Assembly (NCBI GenBank): GCA_965140415.1
Contig: OZ223209.1
Coordinates: 2,368,001 to 2,432,000, forward strand
Source of the DNA: Myxococcota bacterium
Lineage (GTDB): Bacteria > Myxococcota_A > SURF-8
DNA: 64,000 nt
Direction of reading: 5' to 3'
The first letter of the stretch is position 1, and every line of letters begins with the position of its first letter. Under the pieces are notes generated by a model. That model did not search any database. It was not told the DNA's origin and saw only the letters and a program-made list of their open reading frames with translations. Position numbers and translations under genes: made by a program. Shown here one piece after another: positions 49,859-59,052 of this stretch.

Positions 49859-50485
49859 TTAGGAGGAAGACGTTGGTTCGTTAAGCAGTATTCGCATGAT
49901 CATGTGCATCAGTAAATCGCGTCGCATTTCAACTTGAGAATCGCTTGTTGCATCTCGGTCCATCAGAATTTCCAGAAACGGACTGTCTGAGAAATACGTT
50001 ACGGTCATGCCGTAGATCGCCGTCAACAACTGATCGGGATCGATCGGCTTGAAAATACCGGTTTGACTTCCAGCCAGGATAAAACGCTTGGCCTCTTTGT
50101 ACAAAGGCTTGAAGTGTTGCCGGATCAAATCGGCGAAATAGTCCTGATTATCATGGCCAGTCTCCATCGCCGTAATGCGTGCGAAATTGCGGTGACGGGA
50201 GGCGTAGTCGAAGAAACCTTTAAAGAATAGTTCCAGTTTGGTTACGGGATCGATGGGCTCTGGAGCTATTTTTCCAACCAATTCAACAAGATCCTCTACC
50301 ATACGTTTTAAAACCGCTCGGTGCAGTTCTTCTTTGGAATTGAAATAGTAGTGGATCATGGCGCTGGTGATTCCGGCGCGGGCGCTGATGTCCTTGATGC
50401 GTGCACCACCGAAGCCATTCTCTGCGAATGTCGCTTCTGCGCTATCGATGATGCGTTCTCGTGTGTCTTTCTGCTGCTCAGCCAT
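49859..50485 (-). CDS. TetR/AcrR family regulator
   Basis: TRERIIDSAEATFAENGFGGARIKDISARAGITSAMIHYYFNSKEEL. Confidence 0.92.
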   Translation of the reverse strand: MAEQQKDTRERIIDSAEATFAENGFGGARIKDISARAGITSAMIHYYFNSKEELHRAVLKRMVEDLVELVGKIAPEPIDPVTKLELFFKGFFDYASRHRNFARITAMETGHDNQDYFADLIRQHFKPLYKEAKRFILAGSQTGIFKPIDPDQLLTAIYGMTVTYFSDSPFLEILMDRDATSDSQVEMRRDLLMHMIMRILLNEPTSSS

Positions 50486-50521
50486 TGTTTGTCGTGTCGC
50501 TCCATGAAGTTCAATGGCACT

Positions 50522-50537
50522 AACTAAACAGTTAGTT
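50522..50537. promoter_or_regulatory. Palindromic operator AACTAAACAGTTAGTT (TetR autoregulation)
   Basis: Lies just downstream of a minus-strand TTGACA(50577-50572)-N17-TATTCA promoter. Confidence 0.75.
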
Positions 50538-50705
50538 GAATTGAGTGTTGAATACACGGTCGACCTGCTTTTGTCAAGGGAGAAAACTCACTTGTTAAAT
50601 TAAGTTCGTTTCATTATTCAAGTTTCAATGTGAATCGCGGAGGTTAGGGTTTGAATAAATATGCGGAAAGGTGCAAAAAATCAAAAAATAATAGCGAATC
50701 AAATG

Positions 50706-50734
50706 TTGACAACCATGGGTTGTTTATATAGATT
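50706..50734 (+). promoter_or_regulatory. his operon promoter
   Basis: TTGACA-N17-TAGATT. Confidence 0.65.
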
Positions 50735-50740
50735 AAACGC

Positions 50741-50803
50741 ATGATTAGACAGGGCAATAAAAATAAAGGACATCATCATCATCGCTTTAAACGAGCCGGG
50801 TGA
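50741..50803 (+). CDS. hisL: His operon leader peptide MIRQGNKNKGHHHHRFKRAG
   Basis: Four consecutive CAT codons upstream of hisG, followed by attenuator hairpins; absent from the ORF track. Confidence 0.85.
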   Translation: MIRQGNKNKGHHHHRFKRAG

Positions 50804-50862
50804 TGGTTCAGTCTGTGATTTCGTAACCATCAGCGCCGGCTCGCAGTCGGCGCTGTTTTGCG
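50793..50862 (+). promoter_or_regulatory. His attenuator (alternative antiterminator and terminator structures)
   Basis: GAGCCGGGTGATGGTT can pair with AACCATCAGCGCCGGCTC; terminator CAGCGCCGGC-TCGCA-GTCGGCGCTG-TTTT. Confidence 0.8.
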
Positions 50863-50879
50863 TTTATGAAAGGTAAATC

Positions 50880-51755
50880 ATGGTCCAGATGGAATTGGAA
50901 AAACCGTTGCGCTTGGCGTTACCGAAAGGACGGATGAAGGCGGGGATCATTCGTCTTCTGGAGGAAGCCGGAATTCAATTGACGGTCGACGAGCGAAATT
51001 ATCGGCCCACGTTGTCTGTTCCCGGATTCGAAACCAAGCTGCTAAAACCCCAGAATATCGTGGAAATGCTCCATGTCGGTTCGCGGGACATCGGTTTTAC
51101 CGGCTTGGACTGGGTCCGGGAATTGAACGCCGATGTGGTTGAAGTGCTGGATACGGAATTGAATCCGGTTCGGATCGTGGCTGCCGCTCCCGTGTCGATT
51201 CTGGAAAACGGACAACTTCCTCAACGGAAATTGGTGGTGGCATCGGAATATGAACGCTTGACGCGGGAGTGGATTAAGGAAAAGAAGATCAACGCCTCTT
51301 TTGTCCGCTCTTATGGCGCAACCGAAGTCTTTCCGCCGGAAGACGCCGATATGATTGTGGATAATTCGTCGACCGGGAGCACGCTGTCTGCCAATCGGTT
51401 GCAGATTGTGGATGAATTGTTGAAGTCGTCCACACGCCTGTTCGTCAATCCGAAAACATTGGAAAATCCGGAGCGCAGGCAAGTCGTGGAACGCTTCGTC
51501 CTGTTGTTGAAGTCGGTGCTACAGGCCAGAAAACGGGTCATGCTGGAAGTAAACGTTACGGCAGAACGGCTGGAGGCCGTCGTCGCGTTATTGCCCTGCA
51601 TGCGCCGACCGACGATTGCTTCGCTGTACGGTGATGAAGGATATGCAGTCAAAGCAGCGGTGCCCAGGGCGATCTTACCCACTCTGATTCCCGAATTGAA
51701 AGAAGCGGGAGGAACGGATGTGGTGGTGACGGCTCCCGATCAACTCGTGCCATAA
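50880..51755 (+). CDS. hisG: ATP phosphoribosyltransferase, long form
   Basis: LALPKGRM, DIGFTGLDW, SYGATE, DMIVD..STGSTL; C-terminal regulatory domain present. Confidence 0.95.
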   Translation: MVQMELEKPLRLALPKGRMKAGIIRLLEEAGIQLTVDERNYRPTLSVPGFETKLLKPQNIVEMLHVGSRDIGFTGLDWVRELNADVVEVLDTELNPVRIVAAAPVSILENGQLPQRKLVVASEYERLTREWIKEKKINASFVRSYGATEVFPPEDADMIVDNSSTGSTLSANRLQIVDELLKSSTRLFVNPKTLENPERRQVVERFVLLLKSVLQARKRVMLEVNVTAERLEAVVALLPCMRRPTIASLYGDEGYAVKAAVPRAILPTLIPELKEAGGTDVVVTAPDQLVP

Positions 51756-51774
51756 GCTCATGTGGAGTGATGAA

Positions 51775-53493
51775 ATGACAACAAAGCCTGTACCCACGAG
51801 TTTCGTTTCTTCGATGCCGAGTTACGGCGTTCCCTATGCGCCTGCGCCAACGGATCTGAGGCTGGATTCCAATGAAGGCATCGGACCGGAATTGTCTTTG
51901 CTTGCAGCCTTGGATGAATTCGGACCGAACCTGGTTCGCTATTATATGAAAACAACCGACCTGGAAGGGCGAATCGCCCAGAAACTCGGTTTCGATGCAG
52001 GTCAGGTGATCGTAACAGCGGGAGCGGATGATGCCATTACTCGCCTGTTCAGGGCGTATCTCTCACCCGGACGGGAAGTGATTCTCGTTACTCCGACGTT
52101 TGAAATGTTCACCATTTTCACTAAGCTCGTCGGTGCGACGATGGTCTGTGTGCCTTGGGGAGAGGGCGACTATCCTGTGGATGCAATTTTACAGGCCGTT
52201 ACTCCAAAAACGGCAATGATCGTCGTCGTATCTCCCAATAACCCCACGGGAGCGGTCGTATCCGAAGCCGCCTTGAAACGCTTATCCGATGCTGTGCCAC
52301 AGGCCGTTATTGCACTGGATCTGGCGTACACCGCTTTTACGGAACAGGATCTGTTTCCCATTGGGCGGACGCTGGAAAACGTGGTTTGCCTGCACACCTT
52401 TTCCAAAAGCTGGGGATTGGCCGGGCTGCGTGTCGGATATGCTACCGCCAGTGCCGAAATGATTCGTTATTTGCGTTTGGCAGGGACGCCCTATCCGGTT
52501 TCCAGTGTGTCGCTGGCATTGGCCACAAAATGGCTGGAACAGGGGGAAGAACCGACTGCCGCTTACGTGACCCGAATCAAATACGAGCGGGAAGAATTGA
52601 CCGCCTTATTGAAGCGACTGGGGGCGTCGCCTTTACCGTCTGAAGCCAACTTCGTATTTACGCGCGTCGCCGATCCCGTCTGGCTGCGGGATGCCTTGGC
52701 CGGCATGGGCATTTCGGTGCGCCTGTTTGTGGATGCTGGCGAATTCCAAGGTGGTGTGCGCATCACCTGTCCCGGTAAGGAAATCGAGTTTGAGCGATTG
52801 TGTGATGCACTGAGAACCATCCTGAAACCGCAGGCGTTATTGTTCGATATGGATGGCGTTTTGGCGGATGTGTCCCGCTCTTATCGCCGCGCGATTCAAC
52901 AGACTGCCAAAGCCTTCGGCATTGAACTGGACGAACAACAGATTGCCGCCGCCAAAGCCGAACCGGGATCGAACAACGACTGGGTAACCACGCAGCGCCT
53001 GTTGCAGCAGCATGGTATTCAGGTGGAGTTAGATGAAGTAACACGACGTTTCGAAGAGCTCTATCAGGGAACGGCAGAGCGCGCCGGACTGCGGGAGCAG
53101 GAAAGCTTGTTGGTCCAGCGCGATTGGTTGCAACGCATGGCGGCACGACTGCCGCTGGGAATCGTCACCGGTCGTCCACGCGGCGATGCCGAACGTTTCC
53201 TTTCAAAAATGGAAGTTAACGATCTGTTCACCTGTGTAATCTGCCTGGAAGATGGTCCACGCAAGCCGGACCCGGCTCCGGTTCATCTCGCTTTGCAGAA
53301 ATTGGGCATAGAGCAGGCTTGGATGATCGGAGATGCGCCGGATGACATCGCCGCCGCTCGGGCAGCAAAGGTGCTGCCGCTTGGAATCGTTGCTCCCGGC
53401 GACGATAGGGAGAGTACGGCGCGGCTGTTGACACAAACCGGTGCCGCGCGAGTATTCGAAAAGGCAAGCGATATTGAGGAGGTTCTGCCATGA
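51775..53493 (+). CDS. hisC: Histidinol-phosphate aminotransferase fused to a HAD-family phosphatase
   Basis: LDSNE, SPNNPTG, TFSKSWGLAGLRVGY; C-terminal FDMDGV, VTGRP, KPDP, IGDAPDD. Confidence 0.9.
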   Translation: MTTKPVPTSFVSSMPSYGVPYAPAPTDLRLDSNEGIGPELSLLAALDEFGPNLVRYYMKTTDLEGRIAQKLGFDAGQVIVTAGADDAITRLFRAYLSPGREVILVTPTFEMFTIFTKLVGATMVCVPWGEGDYPVDAILQAVTPKTAMIVVVSPNNPTGAVVSEAALKRLSDAVPQAVIALDLAYTAFTEQDLFPIGRTLENVVCLHTFSKSWGLAGLRVGYATASAEMIRYLRLAGTPYPVSSVSLALATKWLEQGEEPTAAYVTRIKYEREELTALLKRLGASPLPSEANFVFTRVADPVWLRDALAGMGISVRLFVDAGEFQGGVRITCPGKEIEFERLCDALRTILKPQALLFDMDGVLADVSRSYRRAIQQTAKAFGIELDEQQIAAAKAEPGSNNDWVTTQRLLQQHGIQVELDEVTRRFEELYQGTAERAGLREQESLLVQRDWLQRMAARLPLGIVTGRPRGDAERFLSKMEVNDLFTCVICLEDGPRKPDPAPVHLALQKLGIEQAWMIGDAPDDIAAARAAKVLPLGIVAPGDDRESTARLLTQTGAARVFEKASDIEEVLP

Positions 53494-54077
53494 CATTGCG
53501 AAAGGCAACGGTCAAACGGGAAACATTGGAAACGACGATTCAATGCACATTGAAACTCGATGGCAGCGGAAAGGCCAAAGTCGATACCGGCATTGGATTT
53601 CTGGATCATCTGCTGTCTTCATTGGCAAAGCATGCGCGTTTCGATCTGACGTTGTCCTGCAAAGGCGATCTGCACATCGACGATCACCACACCGCCGAAG
53701 ACTGTGCGCTGGTGCTGGGAGAGGCCTTCGATAGGTCGCTTGGGGAGCGCAAGGGAATCAGCAGATACGGTTATGCCTACGCTCCACTTGACGAGGCGCT
53801 GGCGCGTACGGTCGTCGATCTGGTTACGCGCCCATATGCCGTTTTGGATCTGGATTTGCAACGGGAATACATCGGCACACTGGCCACGGAGAACGTTGAA
53901 CACATTCTGTATTCCTTTGCCATGGCGGCCCGGTTGACCTTGCATGTAGATGTGTTGAAGGGTGCAAACGATCATCACCGGGCGGAGGCGGCATTCAAGT
54001 CGCTGGCATTGGCATTACGGCAGGCGGTTACAGTCGATCGAACCGCCGGAGATGGCAGTACGAAAGGAAGCTTGTAA
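53490..54077 (+). CDS. hisB: Imidazoleglycerol-phosphate dehydratase (monofunctional)
   Basis: TGIGFLDHLL, DDHHTAED, PLDEAL, NDHHRAEAAFK. Confidence 0.96.
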   Translation: MTLRKATVKRETLETTIQCTLKLDGSGKAKVDTGIGFLDHLLSSLAKHARFDLTLSCKGDLHIDDHHTAEDCALVLGEAFDRSLGERKGISRYGYAYAPLDEALARTVVDLVTRPYAVLDLDLQREYIGTLATENVEHILYSFAMAARLTLHVDVLKGANDHHRAEAAFKSLALALRQAVTVDRTAGDGSTKGSL

Positions 54078-54694
54078 TGAAGGAACTTGAAGTCGTTGTG
54101 GTCGGCACCGGAACGGCGAATCTCGCCTCGATTCTTGCGGGATTCCGGCGTGCCGGCGCAAAACCGCGAATCAGTAATAATATCGAGGATGTCGCATCGG
54201 CAAGAGCCGTCGTATTGCCGGGAGTTGGAGCTTTGGCTGCCGCGATGGTGCAATTGAATGCAGATGGCTTGGTCGAGCCGCTGAAAGCTCGTGTTCGTGC
54301 GGGTCGTCCTACCTTGGCGGTTTGCCTTGGATTGCAGCTATTATGTGAATACAGCGACGAAAGCCCGGGTGTCGCCGGATTGGGGATTATCCCGGCTGAT
54401 ATCAAGAGCTTCCCCGAGGGCATCCGTACTCCCCATTTCGGCTGGAATCAGGTTGAACCGACTGCGGAATGTCGGCTGCTGCAACCCGGTTATGCTTATT
54501 TCGCCAATTCCTTCCGTTTGCCGCAAGCCCCGGAAGGTTGGAACGTGGCGTACACGGATTATGCCGGTCCATTTGTCGGCGCGATGGAAAACGGCGCGGT
54601 GCTGGCCTGTCAGTTTCACCCGGAACTGAGCGGTGACTGGGGACTGGACCTGTTGAAACGCTGGCTCTCTCGCGCGGAAGAGGAGGGGAATTGA
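54077..54694 (+). CDS. hisH: Imidazole glycerol phosphate synthase glutaminase subunit
   Basis: LPGVG, VCLGLQ, PHFGWN, QFHPE. Confidence 0.95.
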   Translation: MKELEVVVVGTGTANLASILAGFRRAGAKPRISNNIEDVASARAVVLPGVGALAAAMVQLNADGLVEPLKARVRAGRPTLAVCLGLQLLCEYSDESPGVAGLGIIPADIKSFPEGIRTPHFGWNQVEPTAECRLLQPGYAYFANSFRLPQAPEGWNVAYTDYAGPFVGAMENGAVLACQFHPELSGDWGLDLLKRWLSRAEEEGN

Positions 54695-54695
54695 G

Positions 54696-55451
54696 ATGCT
54701 GACCAAGAGAATCATACCCTGCCTGGATGTCCGCGATGGTCGCGTGGTGAAAGGCGTACGTTTTCAGGGCTTGCGCGATGCCGGTGATCCCGAGGAACTG
54801 GCCTATGCCTATCAGTTGCAAGGCGCGGACGAACTGGTGCTGCTGGATGTATCTGCCACGCCGGAAGGACGCAAAACGGCCTATGATACGGTCCGCAGAG
54901 TCCGGGAGAAAATCTCCATTCCGTTGACGGTCGGTGGCGGTGTGCGCGGCGCAAAAGACGCACAGGCGCTATTGGAAGCGGGAGCGGACAAAGTCGGCAT
55001 GAATACGGCGGCGGTCAATGATCCTGCCTTGATTGCGGATGTCGCCACCCGTTTCGGGAGGCAGTGCACCGTTCTTGCCGTAGACGCCAAGCGGGTGTCG
55101 GAAACGGCGTGGCAGGTGGTGGTGCAGTCGGGAAAAAAGGATACCGGTATCGATGTGCGTGAGTGGGTGCGCCAGGGCGTCGCGCGCGGTGCCGGTGAAA
55201 TCCTGCTGACCAGCTGGGATCGTGATGGCACCCGTAGCGGCTACGATCTGGAATTGATGACCATGGTTTCCCAGGCCGTCAATGTGCCTGTCATCGCTTC
55301 AGGTGGCGCGGATACGCCATTACAGCTAAAAGAAGCGCTGGATGCCGGTGCGGAGGCCGTACTGGCGGCGTCGATCTTCCACGATGGAGACTGGACGGTT
55401 GCCGGGTTGAAAAAAGTATTGGCTGAAATGGGAGTGGAGGTGCGGCCATGA
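54696..55451 (+). CDS. hisF: Imidazole glycerol phosphate synthase cyclase subunit
   Basis: RIIPCLDV, GADELVLLD, TVGGG, GAGEILLTS.DRDGT, VIASGG. Confidence 0.97.
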   Translation: MLTKRIIPCLDVRDGRVVKGVRFQGLRDAGDPEELAYAYQLQGADELVLLDVSATPEGRKTAYDTVRRVREKISIPLTVGGGVRGAKDAQALLEAGADKVGMNTAAVNDPALIADVATRFGRQCTVLAVDAKRVSETAWQVVVQSGKKDTGIDVREWVRQGVARGAGEILLTSWDRDGTRSGYDLELMTMVSQAVNVPVIASGGADTPLQLKEALDAGAEAVLAASIFHDGDWTVAGLKKVLAEMGVEVRP

Positions 55452-56707
55452 TCGTTCCATCGATCGATTTAATGAATGGTAACGCCGTGCAATTGATCGG
55501 CGGCAAGGAATTCGAACTGGACGCCGGAGATCCGCGCCCATTGGCCGAAACCTTTCGTATCGTAGGCGATACGGCGGTGATCGATCTGGATGCCGCGCTT
55601 GGCAAAGGAAGCAATCGAGGCGTCATCGAAGAACTCGTGCGCATGGCTCCCTGTCGGGTCGGTGGTGGCATTCGCGATGCGCAGGCGGCCATTGACTGGT
55701 TGGATCGTGGTGCGAAGCAGGTCATTTTGGGGACTGCAGCGGTTCCCGAAGTCTTGCAGCAACTGCCGCCAGAGCGCGTGATCGCCGCGCTGGATGCAGT
55801 GAACGATGAAGTGGTCGTCGAAGGTTGGCAAACGCGCACCGGGCGCACTATTCTCGACCGCATGAAAGAGTTGAACGGTCTGGTGGGTGGTTATCTGGTG
55901 ACTTTCGTCGAGCGTGAAGGCCGCATGGGCGGTATCGATCTCGAACGCGTGAAAGCCCTGGTACAGGCGGCAGGCGGTGCCAAGGTGACTGTCGCCGGTG
56001 GAGTGACGACGCCAGAAGAAATTGCCGCCATCGACAAATTGGGAGCCGATGCCCAGGTCGGTATGGCGCTGTATACGGGAAAAATGGATCTCACCGAGGC
56101 CATGCTGGCACCCATGACATCTGACCGTCCCGATGGCCTATGGCCGACGGTCATTGTTGATGAGGGCGGGGTGGCTTTGGGACTGGCGTATTCTGACATG
56201 GAAAGCGTGAAGGAAGCGATGCGCTTGAAGAAGGGTGTGTATCATTCCCGCTCACGCGGACTGTGGATCAAGGGGGAAACCTCCGGAACTCCCCAGGATC
56301 TGTTGGCCATTGATCTGGATTGCGATCGTGATACCCTGCGTTTTACGGTGCGTCAACATGGTAGCGGTTTCTGTCATTTGAACACGCGAACCTGTTGGGG
56401 GGAAGATCGTGGGCTTTCCCATCTGATTCGACGCTTGACTGCCCGTTTGGAAGAGGCTCCTAAGGGCTCGTATACACGACGATTATTGGACGACCCGGAT
56501 TTACTTAAAAGTAAATTGCTGGAAGAAGCCCAGGAATTGAATAATGCTGGTACAATAGAAGAGGTCATATGGGAGACGGCGGATCTGTTGTACTTTGGTC
56601 TGGTGGCGATGATTAAAGGCGGCGCGACAATGGAAGAGGTGGAAGCGGAGTTGGATCGAAGAGCGAAGAAAGTCACCCGCCGCCCCGGAAACGCCAAAAC
56701 CAGCTAG
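55448..56707 (+). CDS. HisA-like isomerase domain fused to HisI (cyclohydrolase) and HisE (pyrophosphatase)
   Basis: IVPSIDL, VIDLDAA, VGGGIRD; then YHSRSR.LWIKGETSG, DCDRD, FCH...TC; then GSYT, KLLEEAQE, ETADLLY. Confidence 0.88.
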   Translation: MIVPSIDLMNGNAVQLIGGKEFELDAGDPRPLAETFRIVGDTAVIDLDAALGKGSNRGVIEELVRMAPCRVGGGIRDAQAAIDWLDRGAKQVILGTAAVPEVLQQLPPERVIAALDAVNDEVVVEGWQTRTGRTILDRMKELNGLVGGYLVTFVEREGRMGGIDLERVKALVQAAGGAKVTVAGGVTTPEEIAAIDKLGADAQVGMALYTGKMDLTEAMLAPMTSDRPDGLWPTVIVDEGGVALGLAYSDMESVKEAMRLKKGVYHSRSRGLWIKGETSGTPQDLLAIDLDCDRDTLRFTVRQHGSGFCHLNTRTCWGEDRGLSHLIRRLTARLEEAPKGSYTRRLLDDPDLLKSKLLEEAQELNNAGTIEEVIWETADLLYFGLVAMIKGGATMEEVEAELDRRAKKVTRRPGNAKTS

Positions 56708-56716
56708 GAGGTTGTA

Positions 56717-57982
56717 ATGCAAACGCGGATGCTCAGAATCATTACCCCGGAACAGTTGCCTTCATTGCGCAGAGATGTTGTCGATGCCAATACCCTGGCG
56801 GCGGCGGCTCGTATCGTGCAGGATGTACAAGATAGGGGCGAAGCGGCGGTAATCGAGCATGCCCAGCGATTAGGAGATCGAAAGCCGGGAGAGCCGCTTG
56901 TGTATGGTCAAGACGCCTTGAACGATGCTCTACGGTCGATCCCCAATGCGACGCGAGACGTGCTGACTAGAACGGCGGAACGAATCCGGCGTTTTGCTGA
57001 GCAACAACGCGGTTGCTTGCGCGAATTGGATATGGCCGTTGCCGGTGGACGAGCCGGACATAGCATTCTTCCGGTGGAACGCGCCGCCTGTTACGCTCCT
57101 GGTGGACGATTTCCCTTGCCATCTTCCGTGCTTATGACTGTCGTGACCGCACGCGCAGCAGGCGTTCAATCGGTATGGGTGGCTTCGCCCAAACCCTCGG
57201 TAGAAACCTTGGCGGCGGCGGCGATTGCAGGTGCCGATGCTTGTTTGGCAGTTGGTGGTGCACAGGCCATTGCGGCTCTTGCTTTTGGTGCTGGGGACAT
57301 CCCTGCCTGTGACGTTATCGTGGGACCGGGAAATCGCTGGGTGACGGCGGCCAAACAGTTGGTGTGTGGTCGGGTTGCAATCGACATGCTGGCGGGACCG
57401 TCCGAATTGCTGGTGGTTGCGGATCAAGGCGCGGATGCTGCCGTGATTGCGGCGGATCTTTTGGCACAGGCGGAGCATGATCCCGACGCTATGCCCATGC
57501 TGATTGCGACCGAGCAGGAATTGTTGGATGCGGTGGATGCTGAATTAGCGCGCCAGTTGTCGGATTTGCCAACCGCCGAGACTGCTCGTGAGGCTGTAAA
57601 AAATGGGTTCAGTTTGCTTGTGCCGGATATCGACGCTGCAATCCGCGTTGCCAATAAACTGGCTCCCGAGCATTTGGAATTGATGATCGAGGATGCGCAC
57701 TCCAAGGCTGTCCGGTTCACGAATTATGGTGCGCTCTTTATCGGATCGAATAGCGCGGAAGTACTTGGAGATTACGGTGCGGGACCGAATCATGTCCTTC
57801 CTACCGGTGGAACGTCGCGCTTTGTGGGAGGACTGTCCGTGTTCCATTTTCTGAGAACACGTACCTGGTTGCGCATCGAGCATCCTGAAGAAGGAGCGGA
57901 AATGATTCGCGACGCTGAAGCCTTGGCACAGGTGGAAGGATTGATCGGCCATGCCCGATCCGCAGCGATTCGGAGACGTTAA
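56717..57982 (+). CDS. hisD: Histidinol dehydrogenase
   Basis: [46 protein letters not shown]. Confidence 0.96.
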   Translation: MQTRMLRIITPEQLPSLRRDVVDANTLAAAARIVQDVQDRGEAAVIEHAQRLGDRKPGEPLVYGQDALNDALRSIPNATRDVLTRTAERIRRFAEQQRGCLRELDMAVAGGRAGHSILPVERAACYAPGGRFPLPSSVLMTVVTARAAGVQSVWVASPKPSVETLAAAAIAGADACLAVGGAQAIAALAFGAGDIPACDVIVGPGNRWVTAAKQLVCGRVAIDMLAGPSELLVVADQGADAAVIAADLLAQAEHDPDAMPMLIATEQELLDAVDAELARQLSDLPTAETAREAVKNGFSLLVPDIDAAIRVANKLAPEHLELMIEDAHSKAVRFTNYGALFIGSNSAEVLGDYGAGPNHVLPTGGTSRFVGGLSVFHFLRTRTWLRIEHPEEGAEMIRDAEALAQVEGLIGHARSAAIRRR

Positions 57983-57988
57983 GGCAGG

Positions 57989-58861
57989 CTAACGCCACGT
58001 GTCGGCATGCTTTTCTGCGAATTGGGTGAACGTGGTCGGTGACTGACCGCAGAGGTCCGATAACGCATCCGTCGTTTTCGCACAATGCCCGGATCGAATA
58101 TGCTGATTCAAACTCATCAGCATTTCCGTTTCCCAGGCCGAAAATCCCATCTGTTTCATCCCTTCACGCGCAGTGTGATCGTCGATGGCAACGTAGGTTA
58201 CCTGCTGACCGATTGCGTTTCCGATTTGATCGGCAATCTCGGCATTTGACAACGCCTGGGGACCGGTAAGGTCGAAGATCTCATTCAAATGATTTTGTGG
58301 GTTTTCCAGAATTGAAGCAGCAACTTTTGCAACGTCTTGCACATCAATCAAGCTGATACGACCGTCTCCTTGAGGGAGATATAGCGCGCGTTCTCCTTTT
58401 ATCATCTCGGAATAGTAATTGACATAATTTTGCATGAAGCTGTTGGGACGTAGAATGCAGTATGGGATTTCACTGTTTCGAACGAATCGTTCCGCTTCGC
58501 CGTGTATTCTACCCAACTTGAAATCGCCATCAAAATCGGCTCCCATAGAAGAGAGGCGCAGCACGAAGGAGACTCCTGCTGCTTTGGCCGCTTCCAGGCC
58601 CCATGAAACCCAGTCCAGCATCGATTCAACCAAGGGCGTTATCAGGATAAGGGCCTCGATTCCTTCCATCGAGGATTGCAGGCTCTCTTTATTGTTGAAA
58701 TTCAGGATGATCGTGTCGATCCCTTGTTGATTCAGGTTCTCTCCTTTTTCCAAACTTGTAACTGCTGCGATGATTTCATTCCGATCCGACCGACGCAGGA
58801 GATCGATCATGTGGCTTCCGACGTTTCCCGTTGCTCCCGTAACCAGAATCCTTTTCGGCAT
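57989..58861 (-). CDS. NmrA-like / atypical SDR NAD(P)H-binding oxidoreductase
   Basis: ILVTGATGNVG, ILRPNSFMQN, IDVQDVA, LTGPQALS. Confidence 0.87.
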   Translation of the reverse strand: MPKRILVTGATGNVGSHMIDLLRRSDRNEIIAAVTSLEKGENLNQQGIDTIILNFNNKESLQSSMEGIEALILITPLVESMLDWVSWGLEAAKAAGVSFVLRLSSMGADFDGDFKLGRIHGEAERFVRNSEIPYCILRPNSFMQNYVNYYSEMIKGERALYLPQGDGRISLIDVQDVAKVAASILENPQNHLNEIFDLTGPQALSNAEIADQIGNAIGQQVTYVAIDDHTAREGMKQMGFSAWETEMLMSLNQHIRSGHCAKTTDALSDLCGQSPTTFTQFAEKHADTWR

Positions 58862-59009
58862 GAAAACTCTCCTTGACAAGCGAAGATCACAAGAAAGCTA
58901 TGGCCCATGATGTTCATGGATCATGGACTTCGTTCGTATGGACAGTGTCTGTACTAAGTGTTAGAGGGATGAAACGATACGTGAATTCCAAGAAAGAACG
59001 TGTAAAATT

Positions 59010-59043
59010 AGCGAACTAGCCGAAAAGGAAGGGCTAGTTCGCT
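59010..59043 (-). terminator. Hairpin just after the tex stop codon
   Basis: AGCGAACTAGCC...GGCTAGTTCGCT. Confidence 0.6.
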
Positions 59044-59052
59044 TGAGGTGGG

